Part shown: positions 21,228 to 30,995 of the stretch, piece by piece
Numbering within the stretch: position 1 is the stretch's first letter
How the letters are laid out: each line of letters starts with the position of its first letter
Assembly: GCA_963677435.1 (NCBI GenBank)
Contig: OY781945.1
Span: 224,001-288,000, forward strand
DNA: 64,000 nucleotides
DNA from: an uncultured Aliarcobacter sp.
GTDB taxonomy: Bacteria; Campylobacterota; Campylobacteria; Campylobacterales; Arcobacteraceae
Direction of reading: 5' to 3'
The notes under the pieces: generated by a model
What the model was told of the DNA's origin: nothing
The model's input: the letters and a program-made list of their open reading frames with translations, nothing else
The model's database searches: none
Translations under genes and position numbers: made by a program

Positions 21228-21845
21228 ATGGAAGATTTTTATACGCTAACAATGTTGATTTCTATTGCTGCATTTGCACTAACAGCCACAATAACACCAG
21301 GACCTAATAATGTCTTACTTTTATCTTCTGGGTTAACCTTTGGATATAAAAGAAGTATTCCCCATGTGTTTGGGGTTTTTTTAGGTTTTGCATTGATGGT
21401 TTTACTTGTGGGATTGGGAGTTGGAATTGTATTTGAAAAATTCCCAATAGTATTAAAAATACTAAAAGTTGTGGGACTTCTTTATCTATTTTGGATGGCA
21501 TATAAAATAGGTTCTAGCAAAGGTCATCTAAAAATAAAAGAAAAGCACAAACCTTTTACTTTTATACAAGCAGCACTTTTTCAATGGGTAAATCCAAAGG
21601 GTTGGATTATGTCAATGACAGCTATGTCTATATTTGTAACATCAAAAGACAATAGTATTACTCAAGTAATTATCATTGCTTTTTTGTTTTTAATAGCTGG
21701 AATAATCTCTTGTAATGCTTGGGCAATAGGTGGAGTTGCTTTAAAAAGATTTATAAAAGATGAAAGCCATGTAAGAAAGTTCAATCTAATCATGGCGATA
21801 CTTTTGGTTGTATCGGTTCTGCCTGTGATTCTTGGAAATTGGTAA
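21228..21845 (+). CDS. LysE-family exporter
   Basis: ITPGPNN, FQWVNPKGW. Confidence 0.92.
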   Translation: MEDFYTLTMLISIAAFALTATITPGPNNVLLLSSGLTFGYKRSIPHVFGVFLGFALMVLLVGLGVGIVFEKFPIVLKILKVVGLLYLFWMAYKIGSSKGHLKIKEKHKPFTFIQAALFQWVNPKGWIMSMTAMSIFVTSKDNSITQVIIIAFLFLIAGIISCNAWAIGGVALKRFIKDESHVRKFNLIMAILLVVSVLPVILGNW

Positions 21846-21852
21846 TAAGAGT

Positions 21853-22302
21853 TTAACTCTTATTACTTTTTTCAAACTCTTCAACTTCTTCTAAAGTTCC
21901 CATCCAAGGTATTGAGAAAATATGGGATTCTAGTATTGTTCTAATATTATCAGGGATTCTAACTGCCTCTTTTGTCATAAAATTATAGTGAATAAGAATA
22001 CACTTTCCAGTTGTACAAAGTTTTCCTTCTTGATAAACTGCATGACATAATTCAATAGAAGAGTTACCTAATTTTGTAACACCAGTTTTTACGATAACTT
22101 CCTTACCCCAAAATACCTCTTTTAAAAAATCAAAAGAAGTATGAGCCATGATAAGATTCCACTCTTTTACATTTGCCTTTGGCATAAAGATACGAAATAT
22201 CTCATCTCGTGCGGCTTCAAACCACACCCCGTAAGTGTTGTTATTAATATGCCCAAGTGCATCTGTTTCTAAAAATCTTGGTTTTATTATTTCTGTGAAC
22301 AT
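21853..22302 (-). CDS. Acyl-CoA thioesterase (hotdog fold)
   Basis: ETDALGHINN. Confidence 0.9.
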   Translation of the reverse strand: MFTEIIKPRFLETDALGHINNNTYGVWFEAARDEIFRIFMPKANVKEWNLIMAHTSFDFLKEVFWGKEVIVKTGVTKLGNSSIELCHAVYQEGKLCTTGKCILIHYNFMTKEAVRIPDNIRTILESHIFSIPWMGTLEEVEEFEKSNKS

Positions 22303-22398
22303 TTATTTTCTCCAATTTAAAAGGAGGATAGTTTAACAAATTTGGTTTAGGTTTTATTTAAATATGAATTTTTGAAGGATTATTTTTAATATTCTCTT

Positions 22399-22618
22399 GA
22401 AGAACAAGTTCTTCGCTTTCTTACTTTTTAGTTGTAAAAAGTAAGACAAAAAGCAACCAGCCGAATTGTCAAAGGCGAAGCTTCCCTCCTAGTTTCAAAT
22501 TTGTTTTCTAGTCTGCGGAACTCGCAAAAAAGAGTGAATTTGTCACTCTTTTTTACTCAAACAGTCCTCGACTTTTTCCGAAAAAAATTTAAAACTACTC
22601 GGCTTTGACAAAGGCTGG
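22399..22618. repeat. Large nested palindromic element (MITE-like or structured RNA)
   Basis: Hairpins at 22399-22414 and 22419-22446; rod pairings 22457-22474/22603-22618 and 22490-22508/22580-22597; apical 12-bp stem 22526-22554. Confidence 0.75.
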
Positions 22619-22631
22619 GATTTCTTCGGTT

Positions 22632-23531
22632 TTAGCTTCTAACTAATTCCAAAAGCATCTCATTATTACCAAAGGCCCCATCATTAAAATAAGATAATAT
22701 TTGTAATAATACTTCGGTATGCTCAGTTCTTTTATTAATAATTAAATGCTCAAATAATGCATATTTTTCTATATAATTTTTATATTCAATAAAATTATGA
22801 CTAATACAATTTATTGCTAAAACTTCTAAAAGATGAACATCAATTAAAGCTCTTAATATATTTGTATATTGTTTTCCATTAATTTTATTCTTAATACTTT
22901 GATCGTCTATAAATCTAAGTAATTGATATAATATCATGAAATATTTTTTGATTTTATTTTCTTCTTTATTCTTCTCTCTAAAATTACTAAACACTTCATC
23001 GATAGAAAAAAATTCATATTCGCTAGTTCCCTCCCATGTATTTTCCATAGTTATCCTTGAGAAATTAACTAAAAATTCATTCTTTCTCCCTAATATAATA
23101 TTTAAGAGTTCATTGTGTTTATCAAGTAATTGGAAAAAAGTATTCTCAAACATTTGTAAATTTGTAGCCTCATTTTGGAGTTTTAGAGATTCACTTTGTT
23201 CTTGTTGAGCTATTCTTGAGCCTTTTAATTCTTCTCTTGTAGCTTCAAGTTCTTCTCGTGAAAGTTTTAATTCATCAGTTTGAATTTTAATTGTATAAAG
23301 TAATGCCATAAAACTAAGAAATGCCAATATTGGATTTAATGTACCACCTATAAAATCTCCAAATTGTCCAAAATGGTCAGGACTAGCATCTATTTTAAAA
23401 TCTGAAAAGATATATTCATAATATCCAAATACACTAACTATACAAAATAAGGCGAATAATCCAAATGATATTAAAATCAATGGTAATTTCTTCTTAGTTT
23501 TTTTATTTGATAAAATCTGATTATGTAGCAT
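22632..23531 (-). CDS. Putative phage abortive infection protein (putAbiC-like), membrane-anchored
   Basis: GQFGDFIGGTLNP TM motif, coiled coil, FENTFFQLL, YFMILYQLLRFID, YTNILRA. Confidence 0.75.
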   Translation of the reverse strand: MLHNQILSNKKTKKKLPLILISFGLFALFCIVSVFGYYEYIFSDFKIDASPDHFGQFGDFIGGTLNPILAFLSFMALLYTIKIQTDELKLSREELEATREELKGSRIAQQEQSESLKLQNEATNLQMFENTFFQLLDKHNELLNIILGRKNEFLVNFSRITMENTWEGTSEYEFFSIDEVFSNFREKNKEENKIKKYFMILYQLLRFIDDQSIKNKINGKQYTNILRALIDVHLLEVLAINCISHNFIEYKNYIEKYALFEHLIINKRTEHTEVLLQILSYFNDGAFGNNEMLLELVRS

Positions 23532-23539
23532 TTGAATCC

Positions 23540-23665
23540 TTTTTAATAGTTATTTTATTCAAGGTCAAGGAGGAGTGATTTTTTTGCGAGGGAGCATACA
23601 GTCAGTATGTGACTGAGTAAAAAAATTGCTCCAACGCTGAGATTGGGTAAAAGAACTATTAAAAA
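23540..23665. repeat. ERIC-like 126-bp palindromic element
   Basis: 12-bp perfect terminal inverted repeat, 16-bp inner stem, core GGAGCATACA-gtc-AGTATGTGACTG resembling ERIC GGAGCTTACA..AGTAAGTGACTG. Confidence 0.7.
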
Positions 23666-24678
23666 TCGTCGAAGTCGATGCTTCCTTTTGAGTAGTTTAC
23701 AACATTTCCTTCAAAGAAATTTGTTCTTTGGTCATTGAAACTTGCGTATCCATCAACCCATGGAATAGGGTGTTTTACATTGTATTCTGGTTTATATCCA
23801 ACGGCATCTAATCTTTTATCTGCTAGGTATTGAATATATTGTTTTATGATTCCATCTGTGAAACCTAGGATTTGTCCTTGAGTGATATATGCTCCCCAAG
23901 ATGATTCTAGTTCTACGGCTTTTCTGAACATTCCTCTTACAGTCTCTTCAAGTTCGGCTGTGAATAGTTCTGGTCTTTCTTTTCTAACTGAATTTATCAT
24001 GTTTTGGAAAAGTAAAAGGTGAGTAACTTCATCTCTTTGGATGAATCTAATCATTTGTGAAGACCCAAGCATTTTTCCTGATTTTCCAAGGGCATACATA
24101 GCTGCAAATCCAGCATAAAAATATAATCCTTCTAAAATCTGATTTGCAAAAAGTGCTAAAACGATTTTTTCATCTGTTATTTCACCTGCAAGATTTTTAT
24201 AAACAGCTGCTATGTAGTTGTTTTTTTCTCTTAGTTTTACATCATTTTTCCACATATCATAGATTTGGTCTGTGTTATCAGAAATAGATTCAACCATAAC
24301 TGCATAAGATTTACTATGATTTGCTTCTTCATAAGACTGTCTTGAAAGACAAGCGTTTATTTCAGGAGCTGTGATGTATGGATTTATATTGTCCATTAGA
24401 TTATTTGTTTGTAAAGAATCCATAAAAATAAGTTGAGATAAAACTAAATCATACATTCTTTTTTCAGGCTCAGTAAGATATTTATAATCTTTTGCATCCC
24501 CTGTCATTTGAACTTCTTTTGGAAACCAAGTATTAGCTTCCATTGTATCCCATAAATTTAATGCCCATTGATATTTCATTTTAGTAAAATTAATCATTCC
24601 ATCACTATTTCCACCAAAAATTCTTCTATCGTTTAAACTCTCTTTTGAGTCTGGGTTATATATGGTTTTTCGCTCCAT
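23659..24678 (-). CDS. nrdB: Class Ia ribonucleotide reductase beta subunit
   Basis: [24 protein letters not shown]. Confidence 0.97.
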   Translation of the reverse strand: MERKTIYNPDSKESLNDRRIFGGNSDGMINFTKMKYQWALNLWDTMEANTWFPKEVQMTGDAKDYKYLTEPEKRMYDLVLSQLIFMDSLQTNNLMDNINPYITAPEINACLSRQSYEEANHSKSYAVMVESISDNTDQIYDMWKNDVKLREKNNYIAAVYKNLAGEITDEKIVLALFANQILEGLYFYAGFAAMYALGKSGKMLGSSQMIRFIQRDEVTHLLLFQNMINSVRKERPELFTAELEETVRGMFRKAVELESSWGAYITQGQILGFTDGIIKQYIQYLADKRLDAVGYKPEYNVKHPIPWVDGYASFNDQRTNFFEGNVVNYSKGSIDFDDF

Positions 24679-24754
24679 TTGGAAGTCCTCTGCTTTTTTC
24701 TAAAATTTTATTCTATTTTTTTAATTGTTTGTAGTTACGAAATGTAAGGTTATC

Positions 24755-27139
24755 CTATTGACAACCGCTACACTCCATAGATCTATCTTCTACATCATTT
24801 TTTGCTTCTGGTGATTGGCTTCTTAAATAATATGTTGATTTAAGTCCTAATTTCCAAGCTAATGTATAGATTTCATGTAGGTGTTTTCCACTTGCTTTAT
24901 CTAAGCTCATGAAAATATTTGTAGATTGACCTTGGTCTATCCATTTTTGTCTAATTGCGGCTGCTTTAATTACTTGTAATTGGTCAATTTCAAAAGCAGG
25001 AGTATAATAATTCCAAGTCTCAGGACTTAGTTTTGGAACAACAACTGGAATTAATCCTGATAAGTTCTCTTCAAACCATTTTCTTTTATAAACTGGCTCA
25101 ATAGCTTGTGTAGTTCCAACTAAAATAGAAATAGATGAAGTAGGAGCAACAGCCATTAAGTAACCATTTCTCATTCCATCTTTTTTAACTTTTGCTCGTA
25201 ATTCATCCCAATCGTAAGAAGCATCAAATAAATCTTTGTCTACAAGTGCATTTACAGCTTGAGGAGCATGATCATGAGGCATAATACCTTTTGACCAATT
25301 TGAACCTTCATAAGTTGCGTAAGTTCCTTTTTCTATTGCTAAGTTTGAACTTGATTTAATTGCATTATATGAAATTGCTTCCATAACTTTATCAATCTTT
25401 TTGAAGTGATCAGTTGAACCCCAAACAAGTTTATACTCAGCTAACATTTCAGCTTCACCCATAACACCTAAACCAATACTTCTTGATTTTAAGTTTGTAG
25501 CTTTTACTTTTCTTAATGGATAGAAGTTTAAATCAATAACATTATCAAGCATTCTAATAGCTATTGGAACAACTCTTTCAATGTCTTCTTTTGTATTAAT
25601 TCTTGAAAGATTTACAGATGCTAAGTTACAAACTGCTGTATCTCCATCAATTTTCTCTTTTTCAACAATAAATACTCTTTTACCATTAATACTATCAAGA
25701 GCAGAAACTTTATTTGCTTTTTTAGTGATTCCACCATCAACAACAATTAATTCTTCTTCTTCATAAGTAGAAACTGTTCCATCTACAAACTCAAGTCTGA
25801 TTTTGTAATAGTTTGGATTTGTATTTTGGAAAATCTCTGTACAAAGATTTGAGCTTCTAATATGTCCAACATGAGAGTTTGGATTAGCTCTATTTGCTGT
25901 ATCTTTAAAACATAAAAAAGGACTTCCAGATTCAAAATATGAAGTTAGTACTTTTTTCCATAAATCTTTTGCTTTCATCACATTTTTTGTAATAGACTCA
26001 TCATTTTCATAAGCTATATATTTTGCTTTGAATTCATCACCATAACACTCACTTAAGTCTTTTACTTCATAAGGGTCAAATAAAGTCCAATGAGCATCTT
26101 CTAAAACTCTCTCCATAAATAGGTCAGTTATCCAAAGAGCTGGGAATAAATCATGTGCTCTTCTTCTTTCTTCACCAGAGTTTTTCTTTAAGTCAATAAA
26201 ATCCACTATATCCATATGCCAAGGCTCAAGATAAACTGCAATTGCACCTTTTCTTGTACCTAATTGGTCAACTGCAAGTGCTATATCATTTGTGATTTTT
26301 AAAAATGGAACTGTTCCACCAGCAGCACTTTTGTGGTCATCAATAACACCACCTAAAGCTCTGATTTGATTCCAATCCCAACCGATTCCTCCACCAAATT
26401 TAGATAATAGTGCCATCTCTTTGTAACCATCAAAAATTCCCTCGATATTATCAGGAGAACTTCCAATATAACAAGAAGATAATTGGTGTCTATTTGTTCT
26501 TGCATTTGATAAAGTTGGAGTTGCAAGCATTACTTCAAATTTAGAAACTACATCATAAAATTCTTTTGCGCATTGTTGTTTATTAACTTCATCTTGAGCT
26601 AAAAACATTGCAATTGCCATAAACATATGTTGTGGTAACTCAATTGGTTCAGCTTTATTATTTTTTATTAAATATCTATCGTATAAAGTTTTAATACCTA
26701 AGTAGTTAAATAAAAAGTCTCTTGATGGATCAATGTAGTTATCTAAATCATCTAAATCATAACCTTCACCAAGATTTGGGATTAATCTTCCTGCTTCTTT
26801 TCCATATTTCAAATAATCTCTTAAATGGCAATATGGTTCACCCTTTATTCCATGAGTTGCTTTTCCAACTCTGTGATATAAATCAAAAACAAAAAGACGA
26901 GCTGCTACAAATGTCCAATTTGGAACATCTATATCAATTTTCTCAACGGCTGTTTTAATAAGTGCATCTTGAATATCAGAAGAGCTCATCCCATCAATAA
27001 ATTTAATTTGTGCATCAAGTTCTAGTTCACTTTGAGAGACACCATCTAAATCTTCAGTTGCCTCTACAGTCATTTTTTGAATTTTAGTAATGTCTAAAAC
27101 CTCTTTACGACCATTTCTTTTTTTTATCATAATTCCCAT
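24755..27139 (-). CDS. nrdA: Class Ia ribonucleotide reductase alpha subunit
   Basis: ATP cone, ATPT, SNLCTE, APTSSIS, TYY, C-terminal CSGC. Confidence 0.97.
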   Translation of the reverse strand: MGIMIKKRNGRKEVLDITKIQKMTVEATEDLDGVSQSELELDAQIKFIDGMSSSDIQDALIKTAVEKIDIDVPNWTFVAARLFVFDLYHRVGKATHGIKGEPYCHLRDYLKYGKEAGRLIPNLGEGYDLDDLDNYIDPSRDFLFNYLGIKTLYDRYLIKNNKAEPIELPQHMFMAIAMFLAQDEVNKQQCAKEFYDVVSKFEVMLATPTLSNARTNRHQLSSCYIGSSPDNIEGIFDGYKEMALLSKFGGGIGWDWNQIRALGGVIDDHKSAAGGTVPFLKITNDIALAVDQLGTRKGAIAVYLEPWHMDIVDFIDLKKNSGEERRRAHDLFPALWITDLFMERVLEDAHWTLFDPYEVKDLSECYGDEFKAKYIAYENDESITKNVMKAKDLWKKVLTSYFESGSPFLCFKDTANRANPNSHVGHIRSSNLCTEIFQNTNPNYYKIRLEFVDGTVSTYEEEELIVVDGGITKKANKVSALDSINGKRVFIVEKEKIDGDTAVCNLASVNLSRINTKEDIERVVPIAIRMLDNVIDLNFYPLRKVKATNLKSRSIGLGVMGEAEMLAEYKLVWGSTDHFKKIDKVMEAISYNAIKSSSNLAIEKGTYATYEGSNWSKGIMPHDHAPQAVNALVDKDLFDASYDWDELRAKVKKDGMRNGYLMAVAPTSSISILVGTTQAIEPVYKRKWFEENLSGLIPVVVPKLSPETWNYYTPAFEIDQLQVIKAAAIRQKWIDQGQSTNIFMSLDKASGKHLHEIYTLAWKLGLKSTYYLRSQSPEAKNDVEDRSMECSGCQ

Positions 27140-27163
27140 AATTTTACCTTGTAGTATCTTATA

Positions 27164-28495
27164 TTATTTTTTGAATACTCTATTGAAAATTTTATCTACA
27201 TTTTTTGTATAGTATTCGAAGTTGAAACATTCTCTTATTTGTTCTTCTGATAATGAATTTCTTAATTCTTCATCTGCTAAAAGATATTGAAGATATAAAG
27301 ACTCACCTTTTTCATTTGTTGTAGGTTTTCCATGTTGAATCTCTTCCCAAACTTTCATCGCATTTCTTTGAATAATTCTATAAGCATCTTCTCTTGAAAC
27401 ACCAGCAAGTGGTAATTCAAGTAATACTCTTTGAGAAAATACTAATCCACCAGTTAAGTTTAAATTTTTCATCATATTTTCAGGCATTACAGTTAAGTTT
27501 GCAATTACACTATTCATTCTGTGTAACATGAAATCACTTGTAATAAATGCATCTGGTAACCAAAATCTCTCCGTTGAAGAGTGAGAGATATCTCTTTCGT
27601 GCCATAAAGCAACATTTTCCATAGCAGGAATTGCGTATGATCTAATCATTCTTGCAAGTCCAGTTATGTTTTCTGTTAAAATTGGATTTCTTTTATGTGG
27701 CATTGCAGAAGATCCTTTTTGACCAACTGCAAAATATTCTTCACACTCATAAACTTCTGTTCTTTGTAAATGTCTTACTTGAACAGCAAATTTTTCAACA
27801 CTTGATGCAAGTAGTGCTAAAGCAGTTGCAAGTCTTGCATATCTATCTCTGTGAATTACTTGGTTTGAACATGGTTCTGGTTTAAGTCCTAGTTCTGCCA
27901 TTGCATACTCTTCAAGCTCTAAAGGAGCGTGAGCAAAGTTACCCATAGCTCCCGAGATTTGACCAACAGCAATAACTTCCATAGTCTCTTCAAGGTTTTT
28001 AAGATGTCTTGCTACTTCATCGTACCAAACAGCTAAAGTTAAACCAAAAGTAATAGGCTCACCATGAATTCCGTGGCTTCTTCCTACCATTAAAGTATAT
28101 TTATGTTCTTGTGCTCTTTTTTCAATAGATTCCATAAGCATTTTTACATCAGCAATAATAATTTCTAAAGAGTCTCTCATTTGAAGAGCTACACCTGTAT
28201 CAACTGCATCAGAAGAAGTCATTCCATAGTGAAACCATCTTGACTCTTCACCTAAAGATTCAGATACGCTTGTATTAAATGCAATTAAATCATGTTTTGT
28301 AACAGCTTCGATTTCTTCTATTCTTTCTACTGAAAAAGTAGCATTTTTTACTATTTTTTCGCAATCAGCATCTGGAATAAGTCCAATTTTATTCCAAGCT
28401 TTAACAGCAGCTTTTTCTACTTCTAGCCATGCTGCATATCTTGCTTCTTGAGTCCACTTTGAACTCATTTCAACTCTTGCGTATCTTTCTACCAT
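27164..28495 (-). CDS. purB: Adenylosuccinate lyase
   Basis: GSSAMPHKRNP, WHERDISHS. Confidence 0.97.
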   Translation of the reverse strand: MVERYARVEMSSKWTQEARYAAWLEVEKAAVKAWNKIGLIPDADCEKIVKNATFSVERIEEIEAVTKHDLIAFNTSVSESLGEESRWFHYGMTSSDAVDTGVALQMRDSLEIIIADVKMLMESIEKRAQEHKYTLMVGRSHGIHGEPITFGLTLAVWYDEVARHLKNLEETMEVIAVGQISGAMGNFAHAPLELEEYAMAELGLKPEPCSNQVIHRDRYARLATALALLASSVEKFAVQVRHLQRTEVYECEEYFAVGQKGSSAMPHKRNPILTENITGLARMIRSYAIPAMENVALWHERDISHSSTERFWLPDAFITSDFMLHRMNSVIANLTVMPENMMKNLNLTGGLVFSQRVLLELPLAGVSREDAYRIIQRNAMKVWEEIQHGKPTTNEKGESLYLQYLLADEELRNSLSEEQIRECFNFEYYTKNVDKIFNRVFKK

Positions 28496-28642
28496 TTATA
28501 TGTCCCTTATAATCATGTTTCTTGAATTTTTATTAAATATTTTTATTAATTTATGTATGATATGGTATCTAAATTACACCAATATAAACTTAAAAAATCT
28601 GTTAAAAAATATCAGATTTCCAAAAAAGAACAGGATTAGAAT

Positions 28643-29539
28643 TTGCCATTTACACTAAAAAAACATAAAGCTATCAAAGGTAAAAAAATACAAATATTTT
28701 TGATACATGAGTTAGGTCTAGACCCGAAAATAGGGCAAAGGCTTACATCAAAAGGAAGAATTTTTGATGAGAATATGAACACTATAAATACAGGGGAAAC
28801 TATTCCGACTGATTACATTTATATAGCTGTTTTTGAGGGTGTTTCAAGGGGTTTAAAACCTCTTCTTGAGTTTACTGATTTTGCAATTTTTGATAAACCT
28901 ACAAACCTAATGGTTCATCCTATTTCTAAAAGTACCCCTTACTCTTTACTTGATGAAATTAGGTTTCATTTTGGAGAAGATGCAAATTTAATTCATAGGA
29001 TTGATGCGGAAACATCAGGTTTAATTATCGTTGGGAAAAACAAAAAAAGTGAAATAGCTTTAAAAGAGATGTTCCAAGATAAAAAATATCACAAATCATA
29101 TCTTGCCATTGCACAAGGTGAAATAAAACAAGAGATAAGAATAGACAAAGGACTTGATAGAGAAGGACTTGTAATTGGGGTACGAATGAAAGTTTGTGAT
29201 GATGGAAAAGAGTCTGTAACTATTATAAAACCTCTTAAATACAATAAAGAAAAAGATTTAACTCTAATTGAAGCATTACCACTAACTGGACGACAGCATC
29301 AAATTAGAGTTCATTTACACTCAATTGGGCATACAATTTTAGGTGATCCCATTTATGGAGTTGATGATGATAGTGCAGAAAATTATCTAAATAAAACCCT
29401 AAGTCTTGAAGATAGATTTGAAGTTACAAAATCAAGTAGATTATGGCTTCATGCTAATTATTTGGAGTTTACATACAAAGATGTAACTTATAAAATATTC
29501 TCTAAAAACAAAGACCTTTACAATGAATTTTTAAATTAA
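28643..29539 (+). CDS. RluA-family pseudouridine synthase
   Basis: HRIDAETSG, TGRQHQIRVH, GDPIY; TTG start after AGGA. Confidence 0.93.
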   Translation: MPFTLKKHKAIKGKKIQIFLIHELGLDPKIGQRLTSKGRIFDENMNTINTGETIPTDYIYIAVFEGVSRGLKPLLEFTDFAIFDKPTNLMVHPISKSTPYSLLDEIRFHFGEDANLIHRIDAETSGLIIVGKNKKSEIALKEMFQDKKYHKSYLAIAQGEIKQEIRIDKGLDREGLVIGVRMKVCDDGKESVTIIKPLKYNKEKDLTLIEALPLTGRQHQIRVHLHSIGHTILGDPIYGVDDDSAENYLNKTLSLEDRFEVTKSSRLWLHANYLEFTYKDVTYKIFSKNKDLYNEFLN

Positions 29540-29652
29540 TCCATTGTAAAAAATAAAGAAACAAGAACAATTATAAGCTCAAAAGAGACTAAAATAGCTA
29601 AATCTTTTTTATTGAAGTTTCTATTTTGAGCCTTATCTTTATTCTTGAACAC
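29536..29652 (-). CDS. Small 38-aa single-TM protein (not in ORF track)
   Basis: AAGGA-N6-GTG; MFKNKDKAQNRNFNKKDLAILVSFELIIVLVSLFFTMD. Confidence 0.55.
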   Translation of the reverse strand: MFKNKDKAQNRNFNKKDLAILVSFELIIVLVSLFFTMD

Positions 29653-29662
29653 TATTTTTCCT

Positions 29663-29989
29663 TTATTGATTTAAAGAGCAATTAAAACAGTTGCTAATAT
29701 CATCACAAGCTGCACAAGCAGGTGCAGTTTTGCCAATACAATCATACAAATATTTTTTCCATCGTTTATCTTGAGGTTTTAGTTTTGCTAGAGAGGTGAA
29801 ATTTTTGCTCATAAATTTCCCCATTTCTTCTCTACTTTGTAAACCTAAATCTGAATATAAATGTCCCATTTGTAGTGAAGTCTTGGCAATCCAAGGGGCA
29901 AGTTCATCTTTTGCATATTGGTCATTTGCATGACTTTGAAGAAGTTTTAAAATTTCACTTTCCATTGATAAATGTACTAAACTACTCAT
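29663..29989 (-). CDS. nifQ: Molybdenum donor NifQ (compact form)
   Basis: HLYSDLGL..R, WKKYLY, C-terminal C..CxxC-x5-C. Confidence 0.85.
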   Translation of the reverse strand: MSSLVHLSMESEILKLLQSHANDQYAKDELAPWIAKTSLQMGHLYSDLGLQSREEMGKFMSKNFTSLAKLKPQDKRWKKYLYDCIGKTAPACAACDDISNCFNCSLNQ

Positions 29990-29999
29990 GGGATACTCC

Positions 30000-30995
30000 T
30001 TATTTCACATCACAAAATTCTAGTTCTAGTGATTTTGGTTTTTTTAATCCATTATTGTTATCTATAAATAAATTATTCAAATTAGTTAGATTTTTAATTG
30101 AATGGGGAATGAAACTTAATTTATTATCTTCAACATCTAACTCTTGAAGATTTACTAAATCACCTATTAACTCAGGCAACTCTTCTAGTTTATTAGAACT
30201 AACTGACAAGGTACTCAGTTTATTTAACTTACAAATATCTTTTGGAAGTTTTGTTAATAAATTATTGTCCAAAATCAATATTTTCAAATCTTCTAAACGA
30301 CTAACATCAAAATCTAAAGATGTTAAATTATTCCCACTTAAATCAAGTTTTATAAGCATATCATGGGATTCTAAAGACGGTAATTCTTTTAAACTATTTC
30401 CTTCTAAAATAAGAGTCTCTAACTCTTTGATTTTTGATAAAGAAGAGGGTAAAGAAGTTAAGTGATTAAAAGATAAATCTAAATAATATAGTTGTTGCAT
30501 ATTTTCAAATATATCAGGAATATCTTTTAACTCGTTGGTTTCAAGTGAGAGATATAGAAGTTTTGATAATTTTTTAAAATCTTCATCTAAACTCTCAATT
30601 CTATTTGCAGCAAGAGTGAGTCTTGTAAGGGATTTTAAATCATAAAAACCTTTTGGTAAGGCTTTTAATCTATTTACATTTAGATTCAATATCATAAGAT
30701 TTGCTAGATTTCCTATTTCTGTTGGTAACTCTTCTATTAAATTATTTTCACATTGAAGATTTCTTAAGTTTTTTAATTCTCCAATTGCTTTTGGAAGTTT
30801 TCTAAGTTTGTTATTTGATAGTTTTAAAACGCTTAGATTTCTTAAAACTCCAATAGATTCAGGTAAATCTTTTAGATTCTTTTTTGATAAATCTAAATGT
30901 GTTAATAACTCCAAATCATCTTCAACGACTGACATTATAGGTGTTAAATCGTTAGCTCTTATCCATTTTACAAAATGTTCGATATCGTAACTCAT
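30000..30995 (-). CDS. Leucine-rich repeat protein
   Basis: About 12 repeats of ~23 aa, LxxLxLxxNxLxxLPxxI. Confidence 0.92.
   Translation of the reverse strand: MSYDIEHFVKWIRANDLTPIMSVVEDDLELLTHLDLSKKNLKDLPESIGVLRNLSVLKLSNNKLRKLPKAIGELKNLRNLQCENNLIEELPTEIGNLANLMILNLNVNRLKALPKGFYDLKSLTRLTLAANRIESLDEDFKKLSKLLYLSLETNELKDIPDIFENMQQLYYLDLSFNHLTSLPSSLSKIKELETLILEGNSLKELPSLESHDMLIKLDLSGNNLTSLDFDVSRLEDLKILILDNNLLTKLPKDICKLNKLSTLSVSSNKLEELPELIGDLVNLQELDVEDNKLSFIPHSIKNLTNLNNLFIDNNNGLKKPKSLELEFCDVK

Noticed and set aside
25640..25830. Extra segment in NrdA after NLCTE as a possible intein
   Set aside because: Only ~60 aa, with no intein N-terminal Cys/Ser block or HN end; looks like a lineage insertion
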